This document shows, one piece after another, positions 48,704 through 62,459 of a stretch of DNA of 64,000 nt. A program made the position numbers and the translations under genes. The notes below the pieces were generated by a model, which saw nothing but the letters and a program-made list of their open reading frames with translations, was not told where the DNA came from and ran no database searches. Numbering within the stretch: position 1 is the stretch's first letter; each line of letters starts with the position of its first letter. Origin of the DNA: Callorhinchus milii (taxonomy: Eukaryota); assembly GCF_018977255.1 (NCBI RefSeq), contig NW_024704743.1, positions 90,336,001 to 90,400,000 on the forward strand. The letters are read 5' to 3'.

Positions 48704-49866
48704 CTGAAAGTAAGAAAGAAACAGTTCCTTGAATGATACTCCTGTTTGGCAAACTCAGAATATGTTGGTGTTTACAGCTTACTGCATCATTTTCTGTTCA
48801 AACTATGAAATAATTCGATGGAAAATTCTTATGCAAATAAAGATGGAATTATTTCTAACACATTTTCTATGAGATAGGATCAGCAAATCAATCAAGTAAA
48901 CTCTACTAATTTGAGCAATAGTATGCCAACGTTCCTGTTCTACTACTAGATTTTGCCTGTCAATTTTATTGGAGAAAAGGACGGAAAAGAAAGTGTGTGA
49001 GAAAAAAAAAGTCCTGAATCTGAATAAACTGTGAGTCTTTCTGAGACCAGCTCCCTGGTCTCTGCGAATACCAACCATTCCACAACCAGCCTTTTGAGTC
49101 TATACAATTGCCTGCATCCTGCAGGGACTCTCACAATAATTTTACTTTGTTTTTTTTATAGGGAAATGCCTGAGCTACACTTGCCCCATCAGGAATAATC
49201 AGAACTTAACTGTGGAATATGGATTCAAACTCACATTCTACAACTCTGCAGCAAAGCTCAGCTATTCTCAAGACCTTAAAACATTCTTTATTGTTAAACT
49301 GGTCTGTATTGTGCACTGTAGTATAGCGGAACGATTTTCATTGCAAATAATGAATTTGGTCGTTAATCGACTAAGCATTGGTATATTCAGTAGAATTCTT
49401 AATTATTTCATATTTCCAAGATAGTACCTCGAATTACTTTAGAAATGTAATTCAAAAAAAGTTGGTTAGAGATTTGAGCAACCCAAAATACTACAGAGCA
49501 GCATGTATCATGCAGTGGGTACATAAACTCAAACCTGCATCAAAACAAAGTGTGAAAAATGGCTGCTTACTGGGCTATCAAATTGCTGCTAACTTCACTT
49601 CCTGCAAATTGTGCACATGAATGATCCGGGTGAGAAGCAGCACTGATGTCACTTCCTTTGCAAATCAAAAGGGAGTGATGTCAGTGGCAATTTGATAACT
49701 TGGAAGGTGGCTATTTTTTAGTACAAAAACTGGCTAGGCAGGGCCGGAGGCTGGGTGTACCACCTTTCCGCTATACCACAGTGCACAATACAGACCAGGG
49801 CTAGACTGGGGTGAATGATAATGCATATATACAATTTTTAGTATAATGGAATAGTCTAAAACATAC

Positions 49867-50030
49867 TTTCTGCGCCTTGATTCTCTCATGATGCGGAGTT
49901 CCTTGATCTGGGTATAGATCGATTTAGGCAAATGACGGTGGCGAGCTATTCGCTTGATCTGAGGATGATGCAGGAATTTTTCTTTAAGTTTTTCATTATA
50001 GTTTAGAGCAGCCTTCTCCCTTGGTGAAAT
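49867..50030 (-). CDS. DCAF13: DCAF13 penultimate coding exon (Sof1 domain)
   Basis: ttccgtag|ATT TCA CCA..., translating ISPREKAALNYNEKLKEKFLHHPQIKRIARHRHLPKSIYTQIKELRIMRESRRR(K), then |gtatgt. 164 nt; phases fit both neighbouring exons. Confidence 0.97.
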
Positions 50031-50496
50031 CTACGGAAACAAAATACATTACGTTAACACAACTAAACATGAAGTGGTTGAAGTCTTGCAGAATATTTCA
50101 GTGCATTTATATTTACATTTTTTACTTTTAATACTTGATTTGGATCAAAAACAATTTCACTTAGTGGATTTTGCTGGATGGGGCAGGGGAGAAAGAGGAA
50201 GGTTGTTAACGTATGCATTATCAATATAAATTAACCTAGCATTATCTCAATGAAGGGATATTGGTTATGCAAACGTGTTTATTGAAGCATCATTGGAGAT
50301 TGGAGCTGGTTGTCTTTCTGCCTGATTGCACTATGAATGTGGAAGCACTGACTGGCACTTAATCTTTGTTATGATGCTTGTTGGGATTTTATGCACCTCA
50401 ACTATCACATCAGTTGTAACAGGGTTCTATTATAATTTACGAGAGATTTTAAGCACAGTAGTGCTGAAATATGTTCATAACTGGCTTTCAAGGATC

Positions 50497-50830
50497 ATTC
50501 GAGAGACCTGGGTTTGATTCCTGGCAGGACAAAATATTGGGCAAGTTTCCTTACTCCACATGCCTCTGTTCACCTAACAGTAAGTAGGAACCTGGTTGTC
50601 AGTCAATTGGCAGATCGCTTTTCCAGGGGTAATAAATCCTTCCAAAAAAATAATACAAATAATAAATTGGTCACTCATTCCACAACTGTTTGTGGGACAC
50701 TGCTGTGCACCAGGTTTCGCACACAAAACATGCAGGCAAATCACTTTACAGTATATTCTGTGAAGCGCTTTGAGACATCTCAAAGACGTGATTAGGCGCT
50801 ATATCAAATGCAAAGATTATTATCATTATT
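50497..50830 (+). mobile_element. tRNA-SINE (long subfamily, 5' clipped) in DCAF13 intron
   Basis: B box GGTTTGATTCC, body and tail. Confidence 0.83.
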
Positions 50831-53287
50831 AAACAACACTCTATTACTGGTTCTGGAATTTTTTTTCCTTCTGCTTGGATCTTAAAAGTTGCATGACTCC
50901 AAAACCACACATTTTTCTAGTTTGCTTCTAAATTACCAAAATACTTTCAACATGAAACCTCCTTGTAATCTTCTTTGCAGCTGTTAATTATATTAAATAC
51001 TCTAACATGTCATTCACATGGTTACAAAGTTTAAATAATTTAGTGTAGCACTTTAGGAAGTTACTTTCATTAAAATGGTAAAGCTGCAAAAACAATTGGG
51101 GTCTGAAATCTTGACCTGCAAGCATAAGAGGAATTGTAATAAATTAAGAGAATGTCATTAATGTCCTACCCTTCACTAGCAATAATTATGTAAGAAGAAA
51201 CAGAAATGTTATGTCCTAGTGAACTTGATATTAAGAACAAAATGATTTAAAACCATAAAATCTCAATCCAATGTCATTAAATGCTAGTTTAAATCTCACA
51301 TAAGTCATTCCATTATTTTATTAAATTCCATTATTTAACATCAGCGATAAAACTGAAACCTTTTATTTTACTCTCTGCTTTCTTTTAAACTCTATATCTA
51401 ACATTGACCAAGATCACTTTTCTCCACCTTTGGAACATCACCTCTCTCCTTTCTACTTTATTTTCAGCACAGCCTAAACCCTTTAGTTAGAAACCTGACT
51501 TTAGTTAGAAACCTCGCTTAACCCTCAATATTCCAGAATTCTGGAGCCAGTAACCTCTCCTGCACTAGGATCTGAATGTCTACCACCCCGACCTCACCCA
51601 CCTCCATTGGACTCATGATCACCAGCTTTTTTTTCTTTTTTTGGACAGCGCAAAAAACAGCCATTCATCCCAATCAGTCCATTTCATCCTACATATATTA
51701 ATTCTTCCATACCTCAAGAATATGATGCACAATATCAGCTGCAACCCCTATGGGATATTTCATATTGTTCAGTGATGTATATCATAATTCAACAAAGCAT
51801 TCCATAAGAGCTTTTTTTAAAAAAAACATTGCAAATGTTATAGTTTCTTTATTTTTAATGGGAGGTCTTTTCTAAATTTGTTCCTTAAAATAAATTGAGA
51901 ATAGCTAGTTCCACCTTCCGATACTACCTCGCCAAAATAGCAGATCTGTCATTCTATCATGTTCTCCACAGTACTTTATCCCATTTGGAAATATATCCAG
52001 GATGCAGATGGTTGAGAATGCATGGCTCTTGTATTCTGGAAATTAAATGAATTTGTTTCTTTAAATAGTATTTTTAGTTGGCAAGATGTTGGTAGAATCA
52101 CAATATTGTGATTCAAGGTATTTGTATTCAACATATTAATACAAATATCAGTGATTCAAAAGATTTACAATAAATATTTAACTGGTTTAGAGCCCAAACT
52201 TTTAAATTAGCTAAATTCATTTTAAATGGAATTAAATTACTCTGTTAAGCATTTGGACTAACATAGGACAAAATACACCACAAACTCACATTGTATATTT
52301 ATTAACACATTCATTAAAAAGTAAATATTTGAATGTACAAATGTTCAATATCTATGAAAATAATTTACAGATCAAAAGTGTAAATGTTTTGAAGGTGTAT
52401 AGAGATCCTCACTTTCAAAGCTGATCTGGTCAGTGCACTTAACACTTAGCTCTACACTTCATTCTCAGTAATTAAAATGTGTCTATATAAATATTATATG
52501 AGAGCAGACCCCTGTAAATAAATTTTATTCAACTATTGTGTGAGCTATACACTACTGAATTGTCTGAAGAGTAGTAAGCACAGCACTGAATTGTCGTGTG
52601 AGCAGCTACCACTTATCCTAAGAATACAGACCACTGAAGTGAGAAGTTTCAGTGTTTATGAGTGGGCAAAGCAAAAACTGTGACAATATTGCCCATGTAG
52701 TAAACTATAGATCATCTGATCATATATACAAAATATCTAAACTAAATTATTTTGAGGGACCGCTGTAATTAATACGACCATCCAGAACTCAGAACAAAAC
52801 CACACTCCCTTCTATTCATTTTATTTTGACTGTTTGTAGAAAATGAGAAAGATGACCAAACATGTGGTTTAAAAAGATGGATATTGAGGCAGGCTGAAGG
52901 TGGGGTGGATGTGTGGGGAGAAAGTCCGGTACTGTGTTCCAGAGAACTCAGTAGAATGTCTAAAAGCTTGCCCAATGATGGTGGGGTGGCTTGGGCAGGA
53001 GAGATGAAGCATGTCGTTGTTAGCTAAGTGAAGGGAGTAGCCAGGTTGGGAGGATTGCAGGAGGGTGTCGAAGTTGGGTGGAGCAAGGCCACAGGATTCT
53101 GAACACGAGGGCAAGGATCCCGAGTGCAATCCACTGAGGATGGAAGCTGCAATTTACATAATCTTACCACTGATTTATTGTACGCCATTCCATTTACAAC
53201 AAGCCTACGATGATATTCATAAAGAAATTTGAATGAAAGAGGCTCATTGGATGGAAAAATGATGTCTTAAGGAAACCACCACTAGGA

Positions 53288-53815
53288 ACAACAACAATAA
53301 TACATTTGTATAGCGCCTTTCATGTCGGGAGGATGTCCCAAGGCGCTGGACTGGGTACAGCATTTCAGACCCGAGCTGGGGTTGGGGGGTAAGGGAGAGG
53401 AGGGGAAGAGGGGGGGGCTGATGGCATGGTCGAAGAGGAGGGTCTTGAGGCGGGCCTTGAAGGAGGCTAAGGAGGGGGCGAGGTGGAGTGATTGGGGGAT
53501 GGAATTCCACAGGTTGGGGGCAGAGTGGCTGAAGACTCTCCCGCCAATGGTGGGGCGGGTGGGTCGGGGGACATGGAGCAGGCCAGAGCCGGCTGAGCGG
53601 AGGGAACGGGCAGGTTGGTAGGGGATTAGGAGGTCACAGAGGTAGGGTGGGGCGAGGCCATGGAGGGCTTTGTAGGTGAGGACCAGGATCTTGAACTGGA
53701 TCCTCTGAAGGATAGGGAGCCAATGAAGTCGGGCGAGAGCGGGGGAGATGGGGTCATGGAGTTTGGTGCGGGAGAGGACACGGGCTGCAGAGTTCTGGAT
53801 TATCTGCAGCCTGTG
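53288..53815 (-). mobile_element. L2 3' fragment
   Basis: HRLQIIQNSAARVL..LHWLPI.QRIQFKILVLTYKALHGLAPPYL..LRSA..GGR.FS.SAP.LWNSIP..FKARLKTLLF. Confidence 0.92.
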
Positions 53816-54959
53816 GTCGTAACGTTTATGCATTGTTCTACAATGAAATACATTCTTTGAAACTTAAAATGTAATTTATCAATTCATGGAGTTGGTAACA
53901 TTGCCGAAAACAACTTTTTACTATAACATTGAAAATATCTTAATGTAGAACTGTTTTTAGAGGGGCTTTGTGCTAACTTTCAAATGGTACATTTATAATT
54001 AATTTTCCCTTTGTGCACTTAATGTTGTCCACTAATTCCATTAAAGAAATAAGGTATTAGATTTTATTTAATCTAGGTCATTTTGACCTGACAAACTAAA
54101 AGACAAATCATTTGGGCTTAATTAAATCATTCCTTTCACTTTTATATCTCAATCAATGAAGAGTTCCAACTTCCATTACTAGTTAAATACATGTATCATG
54201 CTCCTTGCAGTTCAGTTCATTTTCCTAAGCCTGCTTAAATAGCTGTGTCTGTCTTAATAAATCCCTGTCTCATTCGTTTTACTGGAAATTGTCAAAGCAA
54301 TCTAAATTCTAAGGGCTTTTACTCTAATTAAAAGCAATGATTTTCTTTAATTCAATCCAAGAAGAGAAAACTGCTGCTGATCTAGTATAACTACAATGCT
54401 TATGCAGAAAAAAGTATCAGTTAAGCAATTTATGAAGGTCTTGAAAATTATGTGCATTCTAATGGGATTTCTAGGAAAAACAAATCTAGATAATATATTG
54501 CCAGGTCACAAAATCTACTGAAACGCTGAAGGTAATGTTAAGGAAGATACATTTTAACCATTATTAAGTAATCTTAAGTTAATTGCAATGACAAAGCATG
54601 TTTAAGGCTTCCACTGTTACTCTCTTCAGGGAAAATACACTTCATCAGGCAGCCTGTATTCCATGTTGATTTTATTCCAATAAATTCACAGTTGGAAAGT
54701 CTTTGCTATTGTGTCTTCAATGTATCAGTTTTCTATGCTCCCGTTTAAAGTACATCACATTACACATTTGATCAACTAAGATTTCTGGGTGTTCTAAGAA
54801 AGCTTCATCATTTCAAAGCACAATTGAAAAGAAAGGGAAGGGACTAATGCCATGATACAATACAATATTACATGTATATAATGCCTTTATCGTCAGGAGG
54901 ACGTCCCAAGGTGCTGGACAGTCCCAAGGGTAGCCGAAGGTACAGTCGAAGAAGAAGGC

Positions 54960-55440
54960 TATACAAATGTAATTTTGTTGTTGTCTTCAGATGGTACTTG
55001 AAGGGAGGGAAGAGAGGGTGAGGCAGAGTTATTGCAGGGATAGAGTTCCAGAGTGTGGGGGCGGAGATGCTGAATATCCAACCGCCAATAGTGGGCAGAA
55101 AGCGTGGGGACCTGAAGCAGGCCAGTGTCCGCCGAGCAGAGGGAGCGGACAGGCTGATGTGAGGTTATGAGATTGGAAAGGTGGGGGGACCAAGACCCTG
55201 GAGGGCGTTGAAGGTAAGAACAAGGGTTTATGCGTAATTGGCTGCCGCGTTTCTCCCACAAATATACAGTCAATTCACTTTATAGCATATTCTGTGAAGC
55301 GCTTTGAGACGTCTAGAAGACATGAAAAGCGCTATATCAAATGCAAGGATTATTATTATATTATTATATTCTGTGAAGTGCTTTGAGATGTCTAGAAGAT
55401 GGATAAGACCCTATATCAAATGCAAGTATTATTATTTATT
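54960..55440. mobile_element. L2 remnant (minus) abutting a SINE 3' part with duplicated tail (plus)
   Basis: L2-like sequence at ~54990-55230, then ATTGGCTGCCGCGTTTC..tail repeated twice. Confidence 0.7.
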
Positions 55441-57059
55441 TAGGGCAGCTGATATGTGTCAGCGATGTCCCATAGAGCCATAAGAAATAAAATAACCATT
55501 TGAATGAAGCAGGAATATTGGCCAGGACACGAAAATACATCCTGTTCTTCAAAATATTGCCATGGGGTATTCAAACAACAACTAATTCACCAAAACAGAT
55601 AGCAATGCATTCTCTGGATAATATGTTAAAAGTGGCAAAATTGTTGAGAGATTTCATCTTTCAGATGAGATGCAAATATTCTAATGAAAAATGGTCAAGG
55701 CTACTGGTTTATTAATAAAATTAAATTGCCTTTGGTGCACAATTCGTTGAACTTTGTTTATTTGGAAGCATAAACTCTGGGCCACTGTCAACCCAGTTTA
55801 TGATATCTAGGTCTGGAGTGGGGCTCAAACTCATGATCTTCTGATCTGAGGTGAGAGCACTCCCAACTAAAGTTGGTTGGATAACAGTTTTTGCAAACAT
55901 ACTGGACAATCTCTGAATTTTTATATTGGAGTCATGAGCCTGCAAGGAACTAAAATATGTGAAGCAAATTTGCATTTGGTAATCCTAGTATTTGATTAAC
56001 TAGCCTTTGGACTTAGCCCTGACTTTCAGCTTTTACAGATGCAATGAAGATGGACACCTCTCATACTGCTGTAATACAAATGACATCTCCAGGATACAAT
56101 CAAACATTGACAATAGGCTGGAGTTATATCGCCAGCTCATTGCTCCCATCCCGCACTTATTACAAATAAACAGGTTCTGTACGGTGTAATACTAATATCA
56201 ATTTTGTAAACATTGAAGAGCTAGAAGTCCTGGTCATTTTTTAAAAAAAGCAAAGAGTATTCCTGTGGAAAGTCTTGGGAACTTTTGAAAACAGCTTATA
56301 TTGAAAAGTTCACTTTACAACAGCTAAAGTAGTTAGTGTAGTTGCACTATAATTGGTACAAAGCCAAACCGATACAAGATTAACTACCTAAAGTGGGCAA
56401 AAAAGGAACTCCTAAACTACAGGTGCAATGCGAAGTGTACATCAGTTCAATAATAAAATTACCACAAATTAGTGTAAACTGTCAGAAATGATTTCTAAGG
56501 ATGGGGAAGGCAAGTCAAAATTGCTTCCTAGAATTCCTAAAAAGTTGGTCAAATGTAGGATGGAATTTTGTTTATTCCAATGCAGTGTGAAGGAATGCTG
56601 AATTGTCAGAGGTGCTGTTCTTCAGATGAGATGTTAAACTGAGGTCCCATCTGCCTGTTCAGGTGGAGGTTAAAGATCCCATTTGAAAAGAGGGAATTTC
56701 TCTCTTAATAATAACAGCCAATAAACCTACAGCTAAAAATTAAGTATTTTGCCACATGGTTCCTTGTGGGATATTGCTATGCACACATTGGCTGTCTCGT
56801 TCACCTACAATATACACTTTACAGTAAATCCTGTGAAGCGTTTTGAGCAGTCCTTACAAAGTGAAAGGCGCTATACCAAATACAAGGATTGTTTAAATCA
56901 TAAAAATGGAATAAATTACACAGAAATTTATTACACAGAAAAAGGATTCATTCTGAAAAATTAAGTAATTGGATTGCCAGCATTTTACAGAATCCAAAGA
57001 TGAATGCAGCACATAGAGAATATACTGCTTCTTTAATGCTTACGTGATAACAGGTACAA

Positions 57060-57378
57060 ATAATAATAATAATCCTTGCATTTGATATAGTGCTTTTCAC
57101 GCCGGGAGGACGTCCCAAAGCGCTTCACAGAACACACTGTAAAGTGAATTGACTTGACTATATTTGTGGGCGAACGCGGCAGCCAATTGCGCACAGCAAT
57201 GTACCACAAACAGTCGTAGAATTGAAAATGACCAATTTATTATTGTTTTTGGTGGGATTATTATTAGGCTCTGTGTGGAGTAAGGAAACTTGCCCAAGGT
57301 TTCGGCCCTGCCTGGAATTGAACTTCAGATCTCTCGCTTGCAAAGCGAGTGCTCTAACCACTGAGCTACAGGACTCCA
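57060..57378 (-). mobile_element. tRNA-SINE (short subfamily)
   Basis: Close reverse-complement match to 29706-30031. Confidence 0.9.
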
Positions 57379-58085
57379 AGTCATCAAGGTTTTCAACACA
57401 TATTGTTTAAGAGTGTCTGGTAGAATAACAGTTCAAACGCCTGGTTCACAAACATGTGGCAGTATTTTCACCTACAGGCCTGTGGGTCATTTAAATCTGT
57501 CAGCAATAAATGTGTTTTAGCAGCTGCTATGTTGAGAGCAGTGGAGAATCTTGTATATTTTCTCTCAGCCTGCTGCAAGCTTGCTTCCAGTCAGTTCCAC
57601 GTTTGGATTGGTAACAGATACAGCAACACCACCTGCAGTCCTGGTTATGGACACATGATGGCAGGCTTGGAAAATTAGTAGAAAGGTCCCACTTTTGCAT
57701 TATAATTTGTAAAGTTAATGACACAGATCCAAGGATAGAAGTTTCTAAAATGTTGAGATTATTTGCTAACAAAATATACAGTCAAATTCACTTTACAGTA
57801 TATTCAGTGAATGGCTGTGAGACGTGTCGAAGACATAAGGCGCTATATCAAATGCAAGGATTATAATTATAATTTTAGAAATTGTCATGGGAATCTGCGT
57901 TCATTTAGACAGTCAGATGAGACCTTGGTGTAACATTTCATTCAAAGGACGATGCCTCCAACAATGGAGCACTCCTTCAGCAATTTGAACACATCATCTT
58001 GGCTGACACCCAACAACCCCCAGATAAAGTGGTCACTTCATTTCACGGCTGTTCTTTGGGACATTTCTGTGTGCAAATTGGCTAC

Positions 58086-58441
58086 AACAACAAGATTTCA
58101 TTTATAGAGCGCCTTTTATGTCAGGAGGATGTCCCAAGGCGCTGGACAGTTGGGTCAGGACCCGAGCAGGGGGGAAATGGTCAGGGTGAGGGGAGGGAAG
58201 GGAGGGAGCGAGGAGGGGGTAGAGAGTCGAGAGGGGAGCTGAAGGCTCGGTCAAAGAGAAAGGTCTTGAGACCGGTCTTGAAGGAGGAAAGGGAGGAAGC
58301 GGCGATGGCACTGGGGGATGGAGTTCCAGAGCCTCGGGGCTGAGAGGCTGAAGCCCCGGCCACCGATGGTAGGGCGGTTGGGGCGGGGGATGTGGAGCAG
58401 ACCGGAGCCAGAGGAACGGAGGGTACGGGCAGGTAAGTAGG
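58086..58441 (-). mobile_element. Young L2 3' fragment inserted in an old DeuSINE, TSD GGCTAC
   Basis: Near-identical to 5092-5460; GGCTAC at 58080-58085 and 58442-58447. Confidence 0.88.
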
Positions 58442-59745
58442 GGCTACTATATCAAATGCAAGGATATTGTTTAAATGAAAGGAACTAGCAGAAAGTAATG
58501 GTTATTAAATAGAGAACATACTGAAGAAACCAATTATGAAAACATTTGTCTGTTAACCAAGTGCTGGCAGCTATTGACAATCTTTACCCCTGGGAAACCA
58601 GTTTTCATTTAAGTTGTTCAGCTCACACAAATGTTACTGATCAAAGCCCAATATAGCTTTACTAAAGTTAATCGGTAGAAGCTTTATCAGAGTATCAATT
58701 TGACAGTTACATACAGTATTAAACAAAATACAATTTTAAAAACACTTTATTCACCTATTTAAATCTTCTGTTTATTTACCAGTCTTTCTCCAAGTTTTTA
58801 GCTCAACCTCTGGGTAACCTTATTTTGAGCATTATTATTCTATATATCCATTTTTAATCCTTTTTCTTCAAGAAATAAATTAATGTATTTCAATTAAGTC
58901 GGTGCACTGATTTTTTTCATATTTCAAGAAACCACAGTGCAACAACCAATCTAGCATGAAGTCTACGAAGCCAATCTGTGCAGTCGAGTTCCCACTTGTT
59001 TTCAGCAAAATAAATGTCACAAGTTTGTAATGGTTGTATAATAGACCAACCGTGTCGATCAACACGTTTAATGTCAGATTGAGAAGGGTTGCCACAGCAT
59101 GAGCCATCTCACCGTCAGCCAAAGGGAACCACATTCTGCACAAACAAGTTGATACTTCTATGATTTGATAGGTGAGCTAAAGCAATTCAAACCAAAGTAA
59201 AAGTTGAACAACAGTGGCCATTTCAGATGCAGAAAACGGCACTGAATTTGGCTTATAGTAATAATACTTACATTCATTTTAGCACCTTTTACTTTGGGAG
59301 GACGAACCAAAGTGCTTCATAGGATATACTGTAAAAATGCAGTGGCTGTTTGTATTGTGTAGGCGAACGGTCCAATGCAGTACTTTTGATGAAAGTGAGA
59401 CTGAGACACTCCAGACGAATTTTAAAAATGATACATGTTTATATGGACAAACAAGATAAAAAAACAGGATAGCTGGGGCAACTTTCGTAAAGAATGAATG
59501 GATGCTGTAATTAATTAATCAATTTATTAAATGACGTTGTTGGTTTTATAAATTTCCTATCAAGATTGGTGGTCGTTCTATGGTTTCTGGAAAGATATAA
59601 TTCTATTTGTGCACATTTTTTTGACTTCCATTAAAACCATGTTGAAATTATACCAAAAACGTGTAGAGCAGAATATATTCCCACAGTACTTCATACTGAA
59701 ATAGCTTACATATTCTTATCAAAGTTTTCTTTAAAAAGTACTTAC

Positions 59746-59881
59746 TATACCAAGTTTTTCTGATGCATGAGCCTTCCATAAACGAATATTCATTTCATCT
59801 GAACCACAAAGTATGTACTTGCTGTCTGCAGACCATTTAACACACATAACGTGCTGCATACGTTTTGTATGGTACACTTCC
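59746..59881 (-). CDS. DCAF13: DCAF13 (WDSOF1/Sof1) third-last coding exon
   Basis: cttttctag|G GAA GTG TAC..., translating EVYHTKRMQHVMCVKWSADSKYILCGSDEMNIRLWKAHASEKLGI, then |gtaag. 136 nt; last WD40 repeat and start of the Sof1 domain. Confidence 0.96.
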
Positions 59882-60899
59882 CTAGAAAAGATAACATGAT
59901 TACTTTATCACTGAATAAGCATTTTGCAGTGGCATTACTGTTTGAAAATCAGTTGTTGCATGAAACAAAATGCAAAAAGGAACCTGAAGTATTGAGTCAA
60001 AAATAAACATTCTGCAATCAGTTCCATTCGGGAACTAAACAGAAATACAAAATAGTTTATCCATGATAATTTTATTTATTCGCTTATTTTTTTGCTGCAC
60101 ATTCCAGTTTAGGTTTGCCTAAGTTATCTATATTGCCATACTTAAAGTCCAGATTACACAGTCACTTATATATATGCTGTACAATTATTCTCAATTTCTA
60201 CAATATTCCAAATTGCAATTTAATTAAAAGCAGCAACCATCTGAAACAGCTTACATTGTAAATAGTCCAAAGGCTTAAAATATATGCAAGAAATTGTAAG
60301 AGCTAGTCATGAAAAAGTTGTGCCATTAAGGGGCATTTTATACCAGATTCAAATCAAGTTCCAATCATCCTGGATTAAATAAAATGTGGTTATTTTATAC
60401 ATTTCCCATGAAATTAGGCACAGGGCAACTCCTAGGCAACTATCATGAATACTTTACGTAGCTACCTTTAACTAAAAGTAAGTTATATTTACTTTCACAT
60501 GCTCAGCAATACGTTTCCCATCAGTGCAAAATGATAGAAAATGAAGTTAAACCAATCTGCAAAAATAAACACGTTTTAAATGATTTGTAAGGCCTTACCA
60601 TTGCAAAAATGCTAGATTTTTCACAGCGAAATATGATCTACCAATTTCAATGTTTAATACTTTTAGGATGTCAAATACATATAGAGGAAGCAACGTCTTG
60701 CGTTTTCTTTCATAAAAACAAATTAAATCTTATTCCAATTGTCAGGATTGTCTGAAAATCCTGGAGTAGCACATAGCACCAGGCGAGTGTTAAAGTTACT
60801 TTAAACCACTGTGAAACCTAACGAAACACAGGTTCGCTAACACAACAGGTGCCCTATGGGCACATCGCTGGCTTCCTGAGAGCTTGGTAAGGGATGGAG

Positions 60900-61160
60900 A
60901 GAATGTGATTGTTGACTTTGACCAGTGGAAGGGGCGGAAACTGGATTGGAGGGACTAGAGGAATGAGCTTTACGAAAGGAAAGAGCAGAAAAGAGCATAG
61001 CTGGGAGGCGCCGACTCATTTTAGCACCTCGAAGAGGAAGGGGACGTTGGAGATGGGTCAGTAGCTGGAGAGCCTGGAAGTCTCAAGTGAGGGCTTCTTG
61101 AGGAGGGAGGTGATGACAGCAGTTTTGAAAGGGGGTGATGGTATGCCAATGGAAAGGGAA
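60900..61160 (-). mobile_element. Old L2 internal fragment
   Basis: GCGGAAACTGGATTGGAGGGA..ACCTCGAAGAGGAAGGGGACGTTGGAGATGGGTCAGTAG is the reverse of the Y.PISN.PFL region. Confidence 0.6.
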
Positions 61161-62459
61161 TTGGGAATTAGAAGCGAAAACTGAAAGAAAAATTAAAGCA
61201 CAGAATAATCTTGGTTAAACTCAAAATAAATGTCTATCGTTAATGCTGACATTTGAAAACTACATTCTTCTATATTCAGCAAATGGGGAATTTCTGCTAA
61301 ATCATGATCAAAAGCTTTAAAAGCTGTATTAAAATCAATATGTAACATCTCCGATCAATGGCACACTCAAATAAGTATTTTGCTTTGACCTTTTAGGCAT
61401 CAGTACCTCTAAATTCATAAGAACAAATTGACAACATATTAAACAAATTAAATAAAGAAGACCATATAAAGTGGATTATGGTTTACATTAAGTAATTATC
61501 TTCCCCAAAACACAATAACTACAGAAAAAACCTGCAATGTGTGACAAACATTTCTAAAATCTAAAACATGTAATACGAAATAAACTAATTATGAACACTA
61601 AACTTTCTAAAGCTGCAGTATACATACATAGTTTTTCAGACAATATTTCACTCAATTTCCATAATTTCCTTTTCATAAATAGAATTGTATATTTTTCTGA
61701 TTTTTTTTAATGCCCTTTAATTAGTTAAGAATTTCACTGTATTTTTTAAGGTCCCACAAACATAATCTGAATATTGAAGACAACATAACTGTCTGCTGCA
61801 ATCTGGATTTCCTTTATCCTATTTCACCAATTCACTGGGTCTATGCAGCTCTCATTTTAGATATTCTTTCTTATGAAACTGTCCAATCATACAACTACTG
61901 CTGCAATATTACTCAATCAGTGAAACTATTTAGCTCACCAGTACAGAGACGAGTTCATTTACAAAGGAAATATGAAGAAACAAGAAGAAAAGTTAAGGAC
62001 ACAAATTGAACACAAAATTATTGAGGGGGAAAACTACAGTAGAAAGAATATTCAGAAAAATTACAAAAATAAAGATTTGGGAAAGTGACTAAAGATGCCA
62101 AAGTAAATAAAAGCCATAAAGATGAAAAGATTTGATATTAAAAGGAAGCAAAGCAAAAATGTAAATAAATCAGGTTAATATTAGATTTCTCACACAGATC
62201 AGATATATTTATTACAGCACATTATGGATCAATTGTAAAGACGTATGCATATATGAATTGTACACTTTAGATGATCAGAATCTGTGTGAGAAGTCCTCCT
62301 GTTTTCTTCCAAACTAGACTTAAAAACACAAGCAGTTTCTAAATTGGCAATCTTTATTGGAGGTCTCAGTTCTAAAGATATATGGTTTGGACGATAAAAT
62401 ACATCTTTCTGGTCATAAATTTGCTGCTGGACAACATATAGCATCATAACTGATAATAT

